DNA of 50,945 nt from Thermoplasmata archaeon (GTDB taxonomy: Archaea; Thermoplasmatota; SW-10-69-26; JACQPN01; JAJPHT01): NCBI GenBank assembly GCA_034667685.1, contig JAXDQU010000017.1, positions 1 through 50,945 on the forward strand. The letters run 5' to 3'. Below the pieces are notes generated by a model. That model worked only from the letters and a program-made list of their open reading frames with translations, was not told the origin of the DNA and did not search any database. Of the stretch, positions 18,360-28,046 are shown piece after piece. Each line of letters begins with the position of its first letter. Positions within the stretch are counted from its first letter, which is position 1. The translations under genes were made by a program, and so were the position numbers.

Positions 18360-19106
18360 ATGGCGATCTGCCGGCAATGCTGGGAGCCGCTCGCCGAGGT
18401 CGAGCCAGGCGTCCTGGCGTGCGCGAAGGGGCACGGGCACCTCGTGGACGAGGCGTGGCTCCGGGCGCACCTCTCCACCGACTCGTGGGTGGCGTGGCAG
18501 CGCGCGATCGCGGCGGCCACGCCGACGACCCACGCGTGCTCCGCGTGCGGCGCCGACGTGGTCCATGCCGCGTTCCGCTCGAGCTGGTGGCCGGTCTCCC
18601 GCCTCACAGGCTTGCCGCGCTTCCACCCCCTCGTGGTCGGCGCCCCGACGCCCTGGGCGCCCTGGCCGTACGTCGAGGAGGTCGCCGCGCAGCGGTGCGT
18701 CGCCTGCGCCCGGACGTGGTTCGACACGCTGGGTCTCGGCCTGCTGCGCGACCGCGGCCCCGCCTTCACGCCGCTCCCCCAGCACGCGCCGCCCACGGGC
18801 GTCTGCCCGCGCTGCTATCAGAAGCTGGATGCGGACGACCGGTGCGAGCGGCACGGCACCCTCGTGCGGGGCAGCCGGCTGGAGCCGATCCTGGAAGGCC
18901 GCGCGGAGGCCGTGAAGACCCTCCTGGGGCGGGCGCCCGGGGGCGGCCCCCGCTGCCCGGCGTGCACGACCCAGATGCGGCGCCTCACGCTGGACGGGTG
19001 CGAGCTGGACGCGTGCGCCTTCTGCTCCTCGATCTGGCTGGAGGGCAAGGCCATCGAGCTGGGGCCGCGCCTGCCCAACCTCCTTCTTGCGCTGGACAAG
19101 CGCTGA
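18360..19106 (+). CDS. Multi zinc-ribbon protein (C-terminal zf-TFIIB-like)
   Basis: Several CxxC pairs; CPAC..M....ELDACAFCSSIWLE. Confidence 0.75.
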   Translation: MAICRQCWEPLAEVEPGVLACAKGHGHLVDEAWLRAHLSTDSWVAWQRAIAAATPTTHACSACGADVVHAAFRSSWWPVSRLTGLPRFHPLVVGAPTPWAPWPYVEEVAAQRCVACARTWFDTLGLGLLRDRGPAFTPLPQHAPPTGVCPRCYQKLDADDRCERHGTLVRGSRLEPILEGRAEAVKTLLGRAPGGGPRCPACTTQMRRLTLDGCELDACAFCSSIWLEGKAIELGPRLPNLLLALDKR

Positions 19107-19179
19107 GCCCCGCACCCCGTCACCTGCGCGCGGGCGAAGGTCATGACACGCCGGGCCGCTGGGCCCTCGGGCACACCCC

Positions 19180-19392
19180 ATGACGACCCGCACGCTCGCC
19201 CTGATCCTGCTCGTCCTCGCCGCCTTCACGCTCGCGCCCGCCGCGTCGGCCTCGATCCCCTACGGCGTCTGCACCGAGGGGCACGCGCCCTGCTACAGCG
19301 GCATGCTCGCCTGCGTCGACAAGGGGACGCACGTCATCGTGTGCGTGCCCGACCCGTGCGCGACGGCCAACTGCTTCAACGTCCTGCCGTAG
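19180..19392 (+). CDS. Small secreted Cys-rich protein
   Basis: Signal peptide (..AASA) plus ~46-aa mature part with 6 Cys. Confidence 0.7.
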   Translation: MTTRTLALILLVLAAFTLAPAASASIPYGVCTEGHAPCYSGMLACVDKGTHVIVCVPDPCATANCFNVLP

Positions 19393-19501
19393 GCCGCGGG
19401 CCGCGCCCCGCGTAACCGTATCAGCCTTGCGCCTTCGGCCGTACCACGCGGAGCCGAAGCGCTTATCGGCTCGCAGCCCGCAAAGAGAGCCGATTCCGTC
19501 T

Positions 19502-20794
19502 ATGCGTGGCATGGGCTACACCGACTTTCTCGAACTGGGCTCCAAGCCGAAGGCCGACGAGCTCGTCTGCACGTTCCGCCTCGAGCAGGACGCCTCCGTG
19601 GGATTCGACTGGGCGGCGGGCGCGCTCGCGGCCGAGAGCAGCATCGGCACGTGGGACCCCGGCCTCACGACGATGACCGGCGAGGAGCGCCAGTACGGCG
19701 CGCGCGTCATCAAGCTCGACGAGGCGAAGAAGCTCGTCTGGATCGCCTACCCTCCCGCCCTCTTCGAGGCGGGCAACCTCTCGCAATTGCTCTCCAGCGT
19801 CGTGGGCAACGTCTACGGGCTCAAGGAGGTCCGCAAGCTCCGCTTCGTGGACATCGAGATGCCCGCGTCCTACGCGCGCAGCTACCCTGGCCCGCAGCTT
19901 GGGATGGAAGGCGTGCGCAAGATGACCGGCATCCACGGGCGGCCGATCCTCGGCACCATCGTGAAGCCGAAGCTCGGCCTCTCGTCCGACAACTGGGCCA
20001 AGGCGGCGTACAACGCGTGGAAGGGCGGCATCGACTTCGTGAAGGACGACGAGAACCTCACCTCGATGGTCTTCAACAACTTCTACGACCGCGCGCGCAA
20101 GGTCATGGAGGCCAAGAAGAAGGCCGAGCGCGAGACGGGCGAGCGGAAGCTCTACTTCTGCAACGTCAGCGCGCCCGTCACCGAGATGAAAAAGCGTGCC
20201 GACTTCGTCTGCAACGAGATGGGCAACGACTACGTGATGATCGACGTGCTCACCGTGGGCTTCAGCGCCGTGCAGGAGATGCGCAGCTACCTCGACGGCA
20301 AGGGCATCGGCATCCACGCGCACCGCGCGATGCACGGCGCCTTCAGCCGGCTGGAGGACCACGGCATCGACATGCTCCCCGTCTCGAAGTGGATCCGCCT
20401 GCTGGGCGCCGACACGCTCCACGCGGGCACCCTGGGCGCGGGCAAGATGTTCACCGAGGGCGGCAAGTCGCACGCGAAGGCGATCTACGACATGCTGCGC
20501 GGCGAGATGCACGGCCTCAAGACCGTCTTCCCCGTCGCCAGCGGCGGCATGCACCCGGGCGTCATCGGCCAGGTGTGGGACGCCAACGGCGGCAGCCCCG
20601 ACTTCTGCGCCGCGGCCGGAGGCGGCGTCCACGGGAACCCGCTGGGCAGCGAGGCGGGCGCGCGCGCCATGCGCCAGGCCGTCGAGGCGCACCAGAAGGG
20701 CATGAGCCCCGAGGAGTACGCCAAGACCCACGAGGAATTGGCCGCCGCGATCAAGCGGTGGGGCACCAAGCCCGTCAGCAGCGCGGCGGAGTGA
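19502..20794 (+). CDS. rbcL: RuBisCO large subunit, form III
   Basis: AAESSIGTW, IVKPKLG, DFVKDDE catalytic motif, HAHRAMHG, ASGG, GGGVHG. Confidence 0.96.
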   Translation: MRGMGYTDFLELGSKPKADELVCTFRLEQDASVGFDWAAGALAAESSIGTWDPGLTTMTGEERQYGARVIKLDEAKKLVWIAYPPALFEAGNLSQLLSSVVGNVYGLKEVRKLRFVDIEMPASYARSYPGPQLGMEGVRKMTGIHGRPILGTIVKPKLGLSSDNWAKAAYNAWKGGIDFVKDDENLTSMVFNNFYDRARKVMEAKKKAERETGERKLYFCNVSAPVTEMKKRADFVCNEMGNDYVMIDVLTVGFSAVQEMRSYLDGKGIGIHAHRAMHGAFSRLEDHGIDMLPVSKWIRLLGADTLHAGTLGAGKMFTEGGKSHAKAIYDMLRGEMHGLKTVFPVASGGMHPGVIGQVWDANGGSPDFCAAAGGGVHGNPLGSEAGARAMRQAVEAHQKGMSPEEYAKTHEELAAAIKRWGTKPVSSAAE

Positions 20795-20800
20795 CCACGC

Positions 20801-22330
20801 ATGGAAGGTAAGACCCTCGAAGCGCACCTGCTCGACATCGACCTGGGCAAGTTCCAGGTGCTCCTCCACCGCAGCGACGCGGAGGAGCTGGGCGTGCATC
20901 CCGGCGACCGCGTGCGCGTGCTATCACAGCCCCACGCCGTCATCGCGGTCGTGGACGTCACCGAGTCCGTCGTGCAGCCGGGCACCATGGGCGTGTTCGC
21001 GGACGTGCGCAAGCACTTCAGCCTGGACGAAGGCGCGCGCCTCCACGTGCGCCCCGCGGAGAAGCCGCAGAGCGTCGGCTACATCAAGCGCAAGATGCAC
21101 GGCAAGAAGCTCGACCGCGACGAGATCGACACCATCGTCCAGGACGTGGTCGAAGGCAGCCTCACCGACGTCGAGCTCTCGGCGTGGGTGACGAGCCTGG
21201 AGATCAACGACATGGACATGGAGGAGATCGAACATCTCACCCGGTCCATGGTGAAGCACGGCGAGGTGCTCGACTTCGGCGACAACGCCGTCGTCTTCGA
21301 CAAGCACTCGATCGGCGGCGTGCCGGGCAACAAGATCAGCCTGCTGATCGTCCCCATCGTCGCGGCCGCGGGGCTCATGATCCCCAAGACCAGCAGCCGC
21401 GCGGTCACCGGCGCCGCGGGCACCGCCGACGTCATGGAGGTCTTCGGGCCCGTCGCGCTCAGCGGCCCGCAGATCCGCAAGATCACCGAAGAGGTGGGCG
21501 GCGTGCTCTGCTGGGGCGGTGGCGTCAACCTGGCTCCGGCCGATGACATCATCATCCGCGTCGAGCACCCGCTCTCGATCGACCCGCGCAGCCAGCTCCT
21601 CGCGTCCGTCATGTCGAAGAAGAAGGCCGTGGGCGCCAACAAGGTCGTCATGGACCTGCCCATGGGCGAGGGCACCAAGCTCGCGACGCTGGAGGACGCC
21701 AAGAAGATCGGCCGCCAGTTCATCGAGCTGGGCGAGCGCCTCGACATGCAGGTCGAATGCGCCGTGACCTACGGCGGCCAGCCGGTGGGCAAGGCCGTGG
21801 GCTGCGCGCTGGAGGCCAACGAGGCGCTCCAGGCGCTGCGCGGCTTGGAGGCGCCCAAGAGCCTCATCGAGAAGAGCGCCGCGATCGCGGGCATCATCCT
21901 CGAGATGGGCAACGTGGTGGGCAAGGGCAAGGGCAAGGCGCGCGCCGAGGAGATCCTCAAGAGCGGCGCGGCGCTGGAGAAGTTCCGCGAGATCGTCGAG
22001 GCGCAGCGCGGCGTGCTCCCCAAGGGCGACGTGCCCGTGGGGCAGTTCACCGGCGAGCTCCAGGTCGCCGAGGGCGGCTACGTCGCGGGCGTGCGCAACA
22101 AGGCGATCATCAACATCGCGCGCGCCGCCGGCAGCCCCAAGGAGCACGGCGCGGGGCTCGTGCTGCACCACAAGCGCGGCGACAAGGTCCAGCCCGGCGA
22201 GAGCGTCATGACGATCTACGCCGAGTCGGCCTACAAGCTCGAATTGGCGCTGGCGCTCGCGCGCAAGACGATGCCCGTGATCGTCGAGGGCATGCTGCTC
22301 CAGCGGTTGAGCGACGTGCGCGAGCTGTGA
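20801..22330 (+). CDS. AMP phosphorylase
   Basis: N-terminal double-psi-barrel extension, DKHSIGGVPGNK, KTSSRAVTGAAGTAD; cotranscribed with RuBisCO. Confidence 0.95.
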   Translation: MEGKTLEAHLLDIDLGKFQVLLHRSDAEELGVHPGDRVRVLSQPHAVIAVVDVTESVVQPGTMGVFADVRKHFSLDEGARLHVRPAEKPQSVGYIKRKMHGKKLDRDEIDTIVQDVVEGSLTDVELSAWVTSLEINDMDMEEIEHLTRSMVKHGEVLDFGDNAVVFDKHSIGGVPGNKISLLIVPIVAAAGLMIPKTSSRAVTGAAGTADVMEVFGPVALSGPQIRKITEEVGGVLCWGGGVNLAPADDIIIRVEHPLSIDPRSQLLASVMSKKKAVGANKVVMDLPMGEGTKLATLEDAKKIGRQFIELGERLDMQVECAVTYGGQPVGKAVGCALEANEALQALRGLEAPKSLIEKSAAIAGIILEMGNVVGKGKGKARAEEILKSGAALEKFREIVEAQRGVLPKGDVPVGQFTGELQVAEGGYVAGVRNKAIINIARAAGSPKEHGAGLVLHHKRGDKVQPGESVMTIYAESAYKLELALALARKTMPVIVEGMLLQRLSDVREL

Positions 22331-22425
22331 CGAAGGGAATCTCGGGGAAGGGAAGCGAGGGAAGACGGGAAGAAGGGCCCCTTGTTCCCGTCTTCCCTTC
22401 TTCCCTCGCTTCCCTTCTTCCCGCA
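22328..22425. repeat. Intergenic palindrome, family B (GGGAAGACG/GGGAAGAAG units)
   Basis: Purine arm/pyrimidine arm inverted repeat; homologous to 41971-42076. Confidence 0.8.
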
Positions 22426-22485
22426 TTCTGACGCGCGTCCGCGTCTGCAAGAACACATAAGAAAGGGGATCGGTCTGGCGGCACG

Positions 22486-24186
22486 ATGCTGCGCCAGGCC
22501 CTCCTCGCGCTCTTGCTCCTCGCCACCGGCTGCATCGCGCCCTCCGCCATGAAGGCCGCGACGCACGACGAGGTCGGCGCCTCCACGCTGCGCTTCGACC
22601 TCAACGACTCCGTGGCGCTCCGGCTCTCGCTGCCCATGAAGGACGGCACGCACCTGGACGTCATGACGTGGCGCCCCAAGACCGACGAGAAGGTGCCGAT
22701 CCTCGCCGACATCGGCCCCTACTACGGCAACCTGGCCGGCGACATCACAAAGGCGGGCGGCTTCGACGCGCGCGCGATCCAGTACTTCCTGCCGCGCGGC
22801 TACGCCTACGCGCTCGTCTCGGTGCGCGGCACCGGCCAGAGCGAGGGATGCTTCGACCTGGGCGGCAACGTCGAGCAGCAGGACGTGCACGACGCGGTCG
22901 AGCAGCTCGCGCGCCTCTCCTGGAGCAACGGCGCGGTCGCGGTGATCGGCAAGTCGTACGACGGGACCACGCCCTGGGAGGCGGCGATCACGCACCCCGC
23001 GGGCCTCAAGACGATCGTGCCCATCAGCGGCATCACCGACATGTACCGCTACACGTTCCACGACGGGACGACGTACCCCGAGAACGCGGGGTTCGAGACG
23101 TACTACAACCTGCTCGTGGACCAGGACGTGGACCAGGGCCCGCCCCCGACGTTCTACGGCCAGAACCACACGCAGCAGAACGCGGCGCGCACGTGCTACG
23201 ACGACGCGGCGGCGCAGAGCGCGTACGGCGGCGAGACGATCTTCGACGGCAACCACGGCACCGCGTTCTGGCAGGAGCGCGACTACGAGCCGCGCATCCC
23301 GCAGATCGACGTGCCCGTCTTCCTCGTGCACGGCCTGCACGACTGGAACGTCAAGCCCGACAACGGCGTGCCGATGCTCGACAACCTCACCGTCCCCAAG
23401 GCCGCGTGGCTGGGCCAGTGGGACCACAACTACCCGGACGTCAACACCTACAAGCCCGAGTGGAGCCGCCACGACTGGAACGAGACGCTGCTCACCTGGT
23501 TCGACCACTGGCTCAAGGGCGTCGACAACAACTGGACCGACGTCGCGCACGTCGAGGCGCAGGACCAGGCCGGCGCGTGGCACGTCTACGCCGACGACCA
23601 GTGGCCGCCCGCCGACGCGCAGGACGTCACGCTCTGGCTCACGCAGGGCAAGATGCTATCACCGATCCCCGCGCAGGCCGGCAGCCTCGTGATGCAGGAC
23701 AAGAGCCCGGTGGAGGCCCTCGACCCCGCCGCGGGAACGGGCGGCCTCGCGTTCCTCAGCGCGCCCATGCCGCGCAACGTGACGCTGCTGGGCCTGCCCA
23801 CCGTGGACGTCCGCATGAGCCTCGACCGGCTCGGCGGCAACCTCGCCGCCACGTGGTACGACGTCGGCCCGGACGGCAAGTGGACCGAGTGGGACCACGG
23901 CAGCCGCGAGCTGATGCACCGCGACTCGCGCGACCAGGGCGCGCCCGTCACGCCGATGGCGCCCTTCACCACCACGCTGAACCTGTACCCGACCGAGACG
24001 ACGCTCGCCGCGGGCCACCGTCTCGGCCTCGCGCTATCACCCGAGCTCCCCACGTGGATCGAGCCCTCGCCCCTCGCGGCCGGCGGAAACTATGCGATCA
24101 TGCTCGGGCCGCAGGGCACGCGGCTCCACGTGATGGCGGAGCCCGCGGACGCGGCGACGTTGCGCGGAGCGATGGGCCTGGGTTGA
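22486..24186 (+). CDS. CocE/NonD family hydrolase (X-Pro dipeptidyl-peptidase-like) lipoprotein
   Basis: Lipobox LATGC; RGTGQSEG; GKSYDG nucleophile; HGLHDWNV; GQWDH. Confidence 0.9.
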   Translation: MLRQALLALLLLATGCIAPSAMKAATHDEVGASTLRFDLNDSVALRLSLPMKDGTHLDVMTWRPKTDEKVPILADIGPYYGNLAGDITKAGGFDARAIQYFLPRGYAYALVSVRGTGQSEGCFDLGGNVEQQDVHDAVEQLARLSWSNGAVAVIGKSYDGTTPWEAAITHPAGLKTIVPISGITDMYRYTFHDGTTYPENAGFETYYNLLVDQDVDQGPPPTFYGQNHTQQNAARTCYDDAAAQSAYGGETIFDGNHGTAFWQERDYEPRIPQIDVPVFLVHGLHDWNVKPDNGVPMLDNLTVPKAAWLGQWDHNYPDVNTYKPEWSRHDWNETLLTWFDHWLKGVDNNWTDVAHVEAQDQAGAWHVYADDQWPPADAQDVTLWLTQGKMLSPIPAQAGSLVMQDKSPVEALDPAAGTGGLAFLSAPMPRNVTLLGLPTVDVRMSLDRLGGNLAATWYDVGPDGKWTEWDHGSRELMHRDSRDQGAPVTPMAPFTTTLNLYPTETTLAAGHRLGLALSPELPTWIEPSPLAAGGNYAIMLGPQGTRLHVMAEPADAATLRGAMGLG

Positions 24187-24190
24187 AGAT

Positions 24191-24239
24191 GACAGACTCT
24201 TGACCGGTTCGCCCCGCGTTCGAATCCGGCCTGGCCCGC
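24191..24239 (+). pseudogene. Degenerate partial copy of tRNA-Lys (anticodon arm to 3' end)
   Basis: GACAGACTCTT...GTTCGAATCCGGCCTGGCCCGC; 22 bp (24218-24239) identical to 24514-24535. Confidence 0.85.
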
Positions 24240-24459
24240 TCTTCGCGTGCCGACCTGTGTTTCCGTCGCCACGACTCGTGCCGGGCGCACGTCTCGCCGG
24301 TGTCGGGCAAGCGAAGAGCCGCGGGCGCGAAGGCGCGCCAGCGTTCCGTGACATCCGATACGGCGCTCCCGGACGAACCGCGGAGGGCCCGCGCAATCAT
24401 CAAATAGGGGGAGTCGCTTCGAGGCGTCGCGCCTCGGCGCAGACCGCGAGTTTTCTCGT

Positions 24460-24534
24460 GGGCCAGTACCCTAGCTAGGTTAAGGGGACAGACTCTTAAT
24501 CTGTTCGCCGCCGGTTCGAATCCGGCCTGGCCCG
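24460..24534 (+). tRNA. tRNA-Lys(CUU)
   Basis: Acceptor GGGCCAG/CTGGCCC, D stem CCCT/AGGG, anticodon arm ACAGA-CTCTTAA-TCTGT, T arm CCGG-TTCGAAT-CCGG. Confidence 0.92.
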
Positions 24535-24679
24535 CCTTCCTTCCCACGAGCGATTCCGCTCGACGGGTCCTGCTTTGGTCCTGGCCTGCACCCATCTGGC
24601 TCCGCCCCACACGCCGTCCCCAAACTCTTCAAAAGCGACGGCGGCATTGTCTCGCGCGGAGCAACAGGAGGCACCCAGC

Positions 24680-26572
24680 TTGCGCATCACCGTCCTCGCC
24701 GTTCTCGTCCTCATGACCAGCCTCGTCCTGCCGCATGGCGTTCCCGCTTCCGGGAGCGGCGCGATGGCGCCTGCGTTCGTCGACTATGCCGCATCCGCCG
24801 GCCTCGGCGCGGGCGGCGGCGAGCCCTCGATCGGCGTCGACCAGGCGACGGGCGCGGTGTTCTTCCAGGCGGGCGCGCAGACGCTGCGCGTGACGTTCGA
24901 CGACGCGTCGGCGCCGGCGGGCGCGTCGTGGAGCAACGTCGCCTCGCCCATGACGCCGTTCATCGGCAACCTCGATCCGATCGCGTGGACCGACGCGGCG
25001 ACCGGGCGCACCTTCGCGGGCGGGCTGGAGGAGGATTGCAGCCTGCTCTTCTACACGGACGACGATGGCGGCTCGTGGACGCCGATGCCCGACTCATGCA
25101 CGGCGCCTGCGTTCGACCACGAGACGATCGGCTCCGGACCGTACCACGCGCCGGCTCCGCCGGCGGCCACGTATCCGCGCGCGGTCTACTACTGCGCGCA
25201 GGGCGAGGCGCAGCAGTGCGCCGTGAGCTGGGACGGCGGCCTGACGTTCAACGCGCCCGCGGTCATCAGCACGGCGTGCACGAACGCGGTGGGCCACGTG
25301 AAGGTCGGCCCCGACGGCACGGCGTACGTCCCCGCCAAGGGGTGCGGCAATTCGCAGGCCGTCATGGTCTCGACGGACAACGGCCTGACGTGGACGACGC
25401 GCCCCCTGGCTGATAGCACCCTCGCGGGCGGCTTCAACGACCCGAGCGTCGCGACGACCACCGGCGGCTGGCTCTATGGCGCGTGGCTGGGCAAGGACAA
25501 CCACGCGCGCGTCGCGCTCTCCAAGGACCAGGCGCAGACGTGGGGCGCCACGACGGACCTCAGCGCGCTGGCGGGCCTGGGCACCGCGAGCTTCGTCACC
25601 GCGGTGGCGGGCGACGACGCGCGCGCGGCGATCGCCTTCCTCGGCAGCACGGGCACGGCCGGCTTCTCGAAGGGCTTCGCGGGCGCGTGGGACCTCTACG
25701 TGGCGCAGACCACCGACGCAGGCGCGACGTGGACCGTGACGAAGGCCACGAGCGATCCGGTGCAGGTGGGCTGGATCTGCACGAGCGGCACGACGTGCGA
25801 CCCGCTCGGCGCAGGCGGCGACACGGCGCGCAACCTCCTCGACTTCATCGGCGTCGCGTCCGACGCGCGCGGGCGCGTGCTCGTGGCGTTCGCGGATGGC
25901 TGCACGGGCGCGTGCGCGACGGGCGGCCCGAACACGTGGAGCGCGCTCGCCACCATCGCGCGGCAGACGTGCGGCCCCTCGCTCTACGCCGCGGTGGGCG
26001 AGGTCGAGGGCGCGGCCGGCTGCCCCACGGGCGCCCCGCCCGCGATCGGCCCGCTGGCGCTGCACGGCGCGTACTACGCGCACGGCCTCGCGCCGGTGCA
26101 GGACCTCGGGCTCGTCACGGGCTTCGTCGTCGCCGAGCCGGGCCTCTCCGACGTCGCGCCTTCCGGCGTGCCCAAGGTCGCCACCAACGGCGCGACGAAC
26201 CACGGCAGCAACACGGGCACGGTCTGGGACGCCAACTGGGTGATGCCCACCAACGGCCGCGCCTACGCGATCGACGACGCGACCGTGACGGTTCGCCTGT
26301 GGGTGAGCGGGGCGCACGACCCGACCGCGCCCGCGACGCTGCGCGTGGCCCTCTTCGACGCGAACCCCTTCGGCGACCCGGCGAGCCCGATCGTCCAGCG
26401 TGATATCACGGCGCCCGCGGCCGGCGCGCCCGCCGAGGTCGACGTCACGTTCACGCACGTGAGCGCGACGATCGTCAACGGCCTCCAGCTCTACGTCGAC
26501 GACCTGGGCAACGGCGACGCGCAGGTGTGGTACGACTCGGCGCTGACGCCCACGGGGGTCACGATCAGCTAA
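24680..26572 (+). CDS. Secreted BNR/Asp-box (sialidase-like beta-propeller) protein
   Basis: AGGAGG RBS plus TTG; signal peptide; GEPSIGV; TDDDGGSW, SWDGGLTF, STDNGLTW, TTDAGATW Asp-boxes. Confidence 0.85.
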   Translation: MRITVLAVLVLMTSLVLPHGVPASGSGAMAPAFVDYAASAGLGAGGGEPSIGVDQATGAVFFQAGAQTLRVTFDDASAPAGASWSNVASPMTPFIGNLDPIAWTDAATGRTFAGGLEEDCSLLFYTDDDGGSWTPMPDSCTAPAFDHETIGSGPYHAPAPPAATYPRAVYYCAQGEAQQCAVSWDGGLTFNAPAVISTACTNAVGHVKVGPDGTAYVPAKGCGNSQAVMVSTDNGLTWTTRPLADSTLAGGFNDPSVATTTGGWLYGAWLGKDNHARVALSKDQAQTWGATTDLSALAGLGTASFVTAVAGDDARAAIAFLGSTGTAGFSKGFAGAWDLYVAQTTDAGATWTVTKATSDPVQVGWICTSGTTCDPLGAGGDTARNLLDFIGVASDARGRVLVAFADGCTGACATGGPNTWSALATIARQTCGPSLYAAVGEVEGAAGCPTGAPPAIGPLALHGAYYAHGLAPVQDLGLVTGFVVAEPGLSDVAPSGVPKVATNGATNHGSNTGTVWDANWVMPTNGRAYAIDDATVTVRLWVSGAHDPTAPATLRVALFDANPFGDPASPIVQRDITAPAAGAPAEVDVTFTHVSATIVNGLQLYVDDLGNGDAQVWYDSALTPTGVTIS

Positions 26573-27036
26573 CGCACGTAGCGCTTCCGCATGTGCTCGA
26601 TGAGGCCGCCGTCCTCGACGATGCGGCGCGCCTCCTCGGGCATGGGCGGCGCCTGCACGATCCCCGCCGGCGTCACGATGCGTCCCGTGGCCAAATCGAC
26701 TTCGATCTCGGCGCCGTCCTCCACGTCGAGGTCCGCCTCCAGGATCGGCAGCGCGAGGTTGACCGCGTTGCGGTAGAAGATGCCCGCGAAGCTGGGCGCG
26801 ATGACGCAGCGGATGCCCGCCTGCTTGATCGCCATGACGGCCTGCTCGCGCGAGGAGCCGCAGCCGAAGTTGCGTCCCGCCACGACGAACGCGCTCGCCT
26901 TCGCCCGCGCGGGAAGCGCCGGGTCCTCGCCTTCGAAGACGTGGTCGCCCAGGTGGTCCCAGTCCTGCATGAAGCGCGCGGGGATGATGACGTCCGTGTT
27001 GAGGTTGGCCGGGAGCCGGAGCACCTTGCCGCGCAC
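26569..27036 (-). CDS. leuD: 3-isopropylmalate dehydratase/homoaconitase-family small subunit
   Basis: NTDVIIP, GRNFGCGSSREQA, SFAGIFYRNAVN. Confidence 0.88.
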   Translation of the reverse strand: MRGKVLRLPANLNTDVIIPARFMQDWDHLGDHVFEGEDPALPARAKASAFVVAGRNFGCGSSREQAVMAIKQAGIRCVIAPSFAGIFYRNAVNLALPILEADLDVEDGAEIEVDLATGRIVTPAGIVQAPPMPEEARRIVEDGGLIEHMRKRYVR

Positions 27037-27119
27037 GCGGCGCGATCCGGGATCACGCTCTTGAGCTTATCCTGGCCGAAGCGGAAATGCTCAAGCCCAA
27101 GCGGCGCGACCGGGAGCGC

Positions 27120-28043
27120 ATGAGCGTCGTCGCGCAGACCGCCGATCCCGGCATCGCGCAGGCCGCCGAGGACATCCGCGCGATGCGCGTGCGCGGCGCC
27201 GCCAAGATCGGCCGGCACGCCGCGCAGGCATTGGGCGAGTTCGCGGCGCGCTGGGACGGCGAGCCCCCCTCGCTCCAGGCCGCGGCCGCCGCGCTCGTGG
27301 CCGCGCGCCCCACCGCCGTCTCGCTCCCCAACGCCGTCGACTTCGTGGTGCGCCACGCGCTGCAGGCCGCGGGCGGGCTGGAGGCGCGCCGCGACGCGCT
27401 CGCCGGCGCCGCTCGCGACTTCGAGACGCGCGCCGAGCAGGCGCTCAAGGCCATCGGCGCGAACGGCGCGACGCTCGTCCCGGAAGGCGGCACCGTCCTC
27501 ACCATCTGCAACTCGCAGGGCGCGATCACGCCGCTCCTCGCGGCCCACGAGGCGGGCAAGCGCTTCCAGGTCATCGCGCTGGAGACGCGCCCGTGGCGCC
27601 AAGGCCTCCTGACGGTCAAGCAGCTCCACGAGGCGGGCATCCGCGCCGCGCTCGCCGTCGACGCCGCCGCGTTCACCATGCTGCGCGAGGCCGACCTCGT
27701 CATGACCGGCGCCGACGCCATCGCGCGCAACGGCGACGTCGTCAACAAGGTGGGCACCGGGGCGCTGGCCGTCCTCGCCCGCGAGCGCGGCGTCCCCGTC
27801 CACGTCTGCGCCGAGACGTTCAAGCTCGACCGCAAGGCGCCCACCGGCGCGCAGGTCGTCATCGAGGAGCGCGAAGCCGCCGAGATCGTGGCGCCCGGCG
27901 AGATCCCCGAGGGCGTGCAGGTGCGCAACCCCGTCTTCGACGTCACCGACCACCGCCTCGTGAAGTCGTACGTCACCGACCTGGGCGTGCTCAAGGCGCA
28001 CCAGATCCTCGACGCCGCCCGGAAGGCGTGGGATTGGGAGTAA
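27120..28043 (+). CDS. Ribose-1,5-bisphosphate isomerase (eIF-2B family)
   Basis: MRVRGA, ARPTAVSL, TICNS, ETRPWRQG, GADAI, NKVGT, NPVFDVT. Confidence 0.92.
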   Translation: MSVVAQTADPGIAQAAEDIRAMRVRGAAKIGRHAAQALGEFAARWDGEPPSLQAAAAALVAARPTAVSLPNAVDFVVRHALQAAGGLEARRDALAGAARDFETRAEQALKAIGANGATLVPEGGTVLTICNSQGAITPLLAAHEAGKRFQVIALETRPWRQGLLTVKQLHEAGIRAALAVDAAAFTMLREADLVMTGADAIARNGDVVNKVGTGALAVLARERGVPVHVCAETFKLDRKAPTGAQVVIEEREAAEIVAPGEIPEGVQVRNPVFDVTDHRLVKSYVTDLGVLKAHQILDAARKAWDWE

Positions 28044-28046
28044 CGC

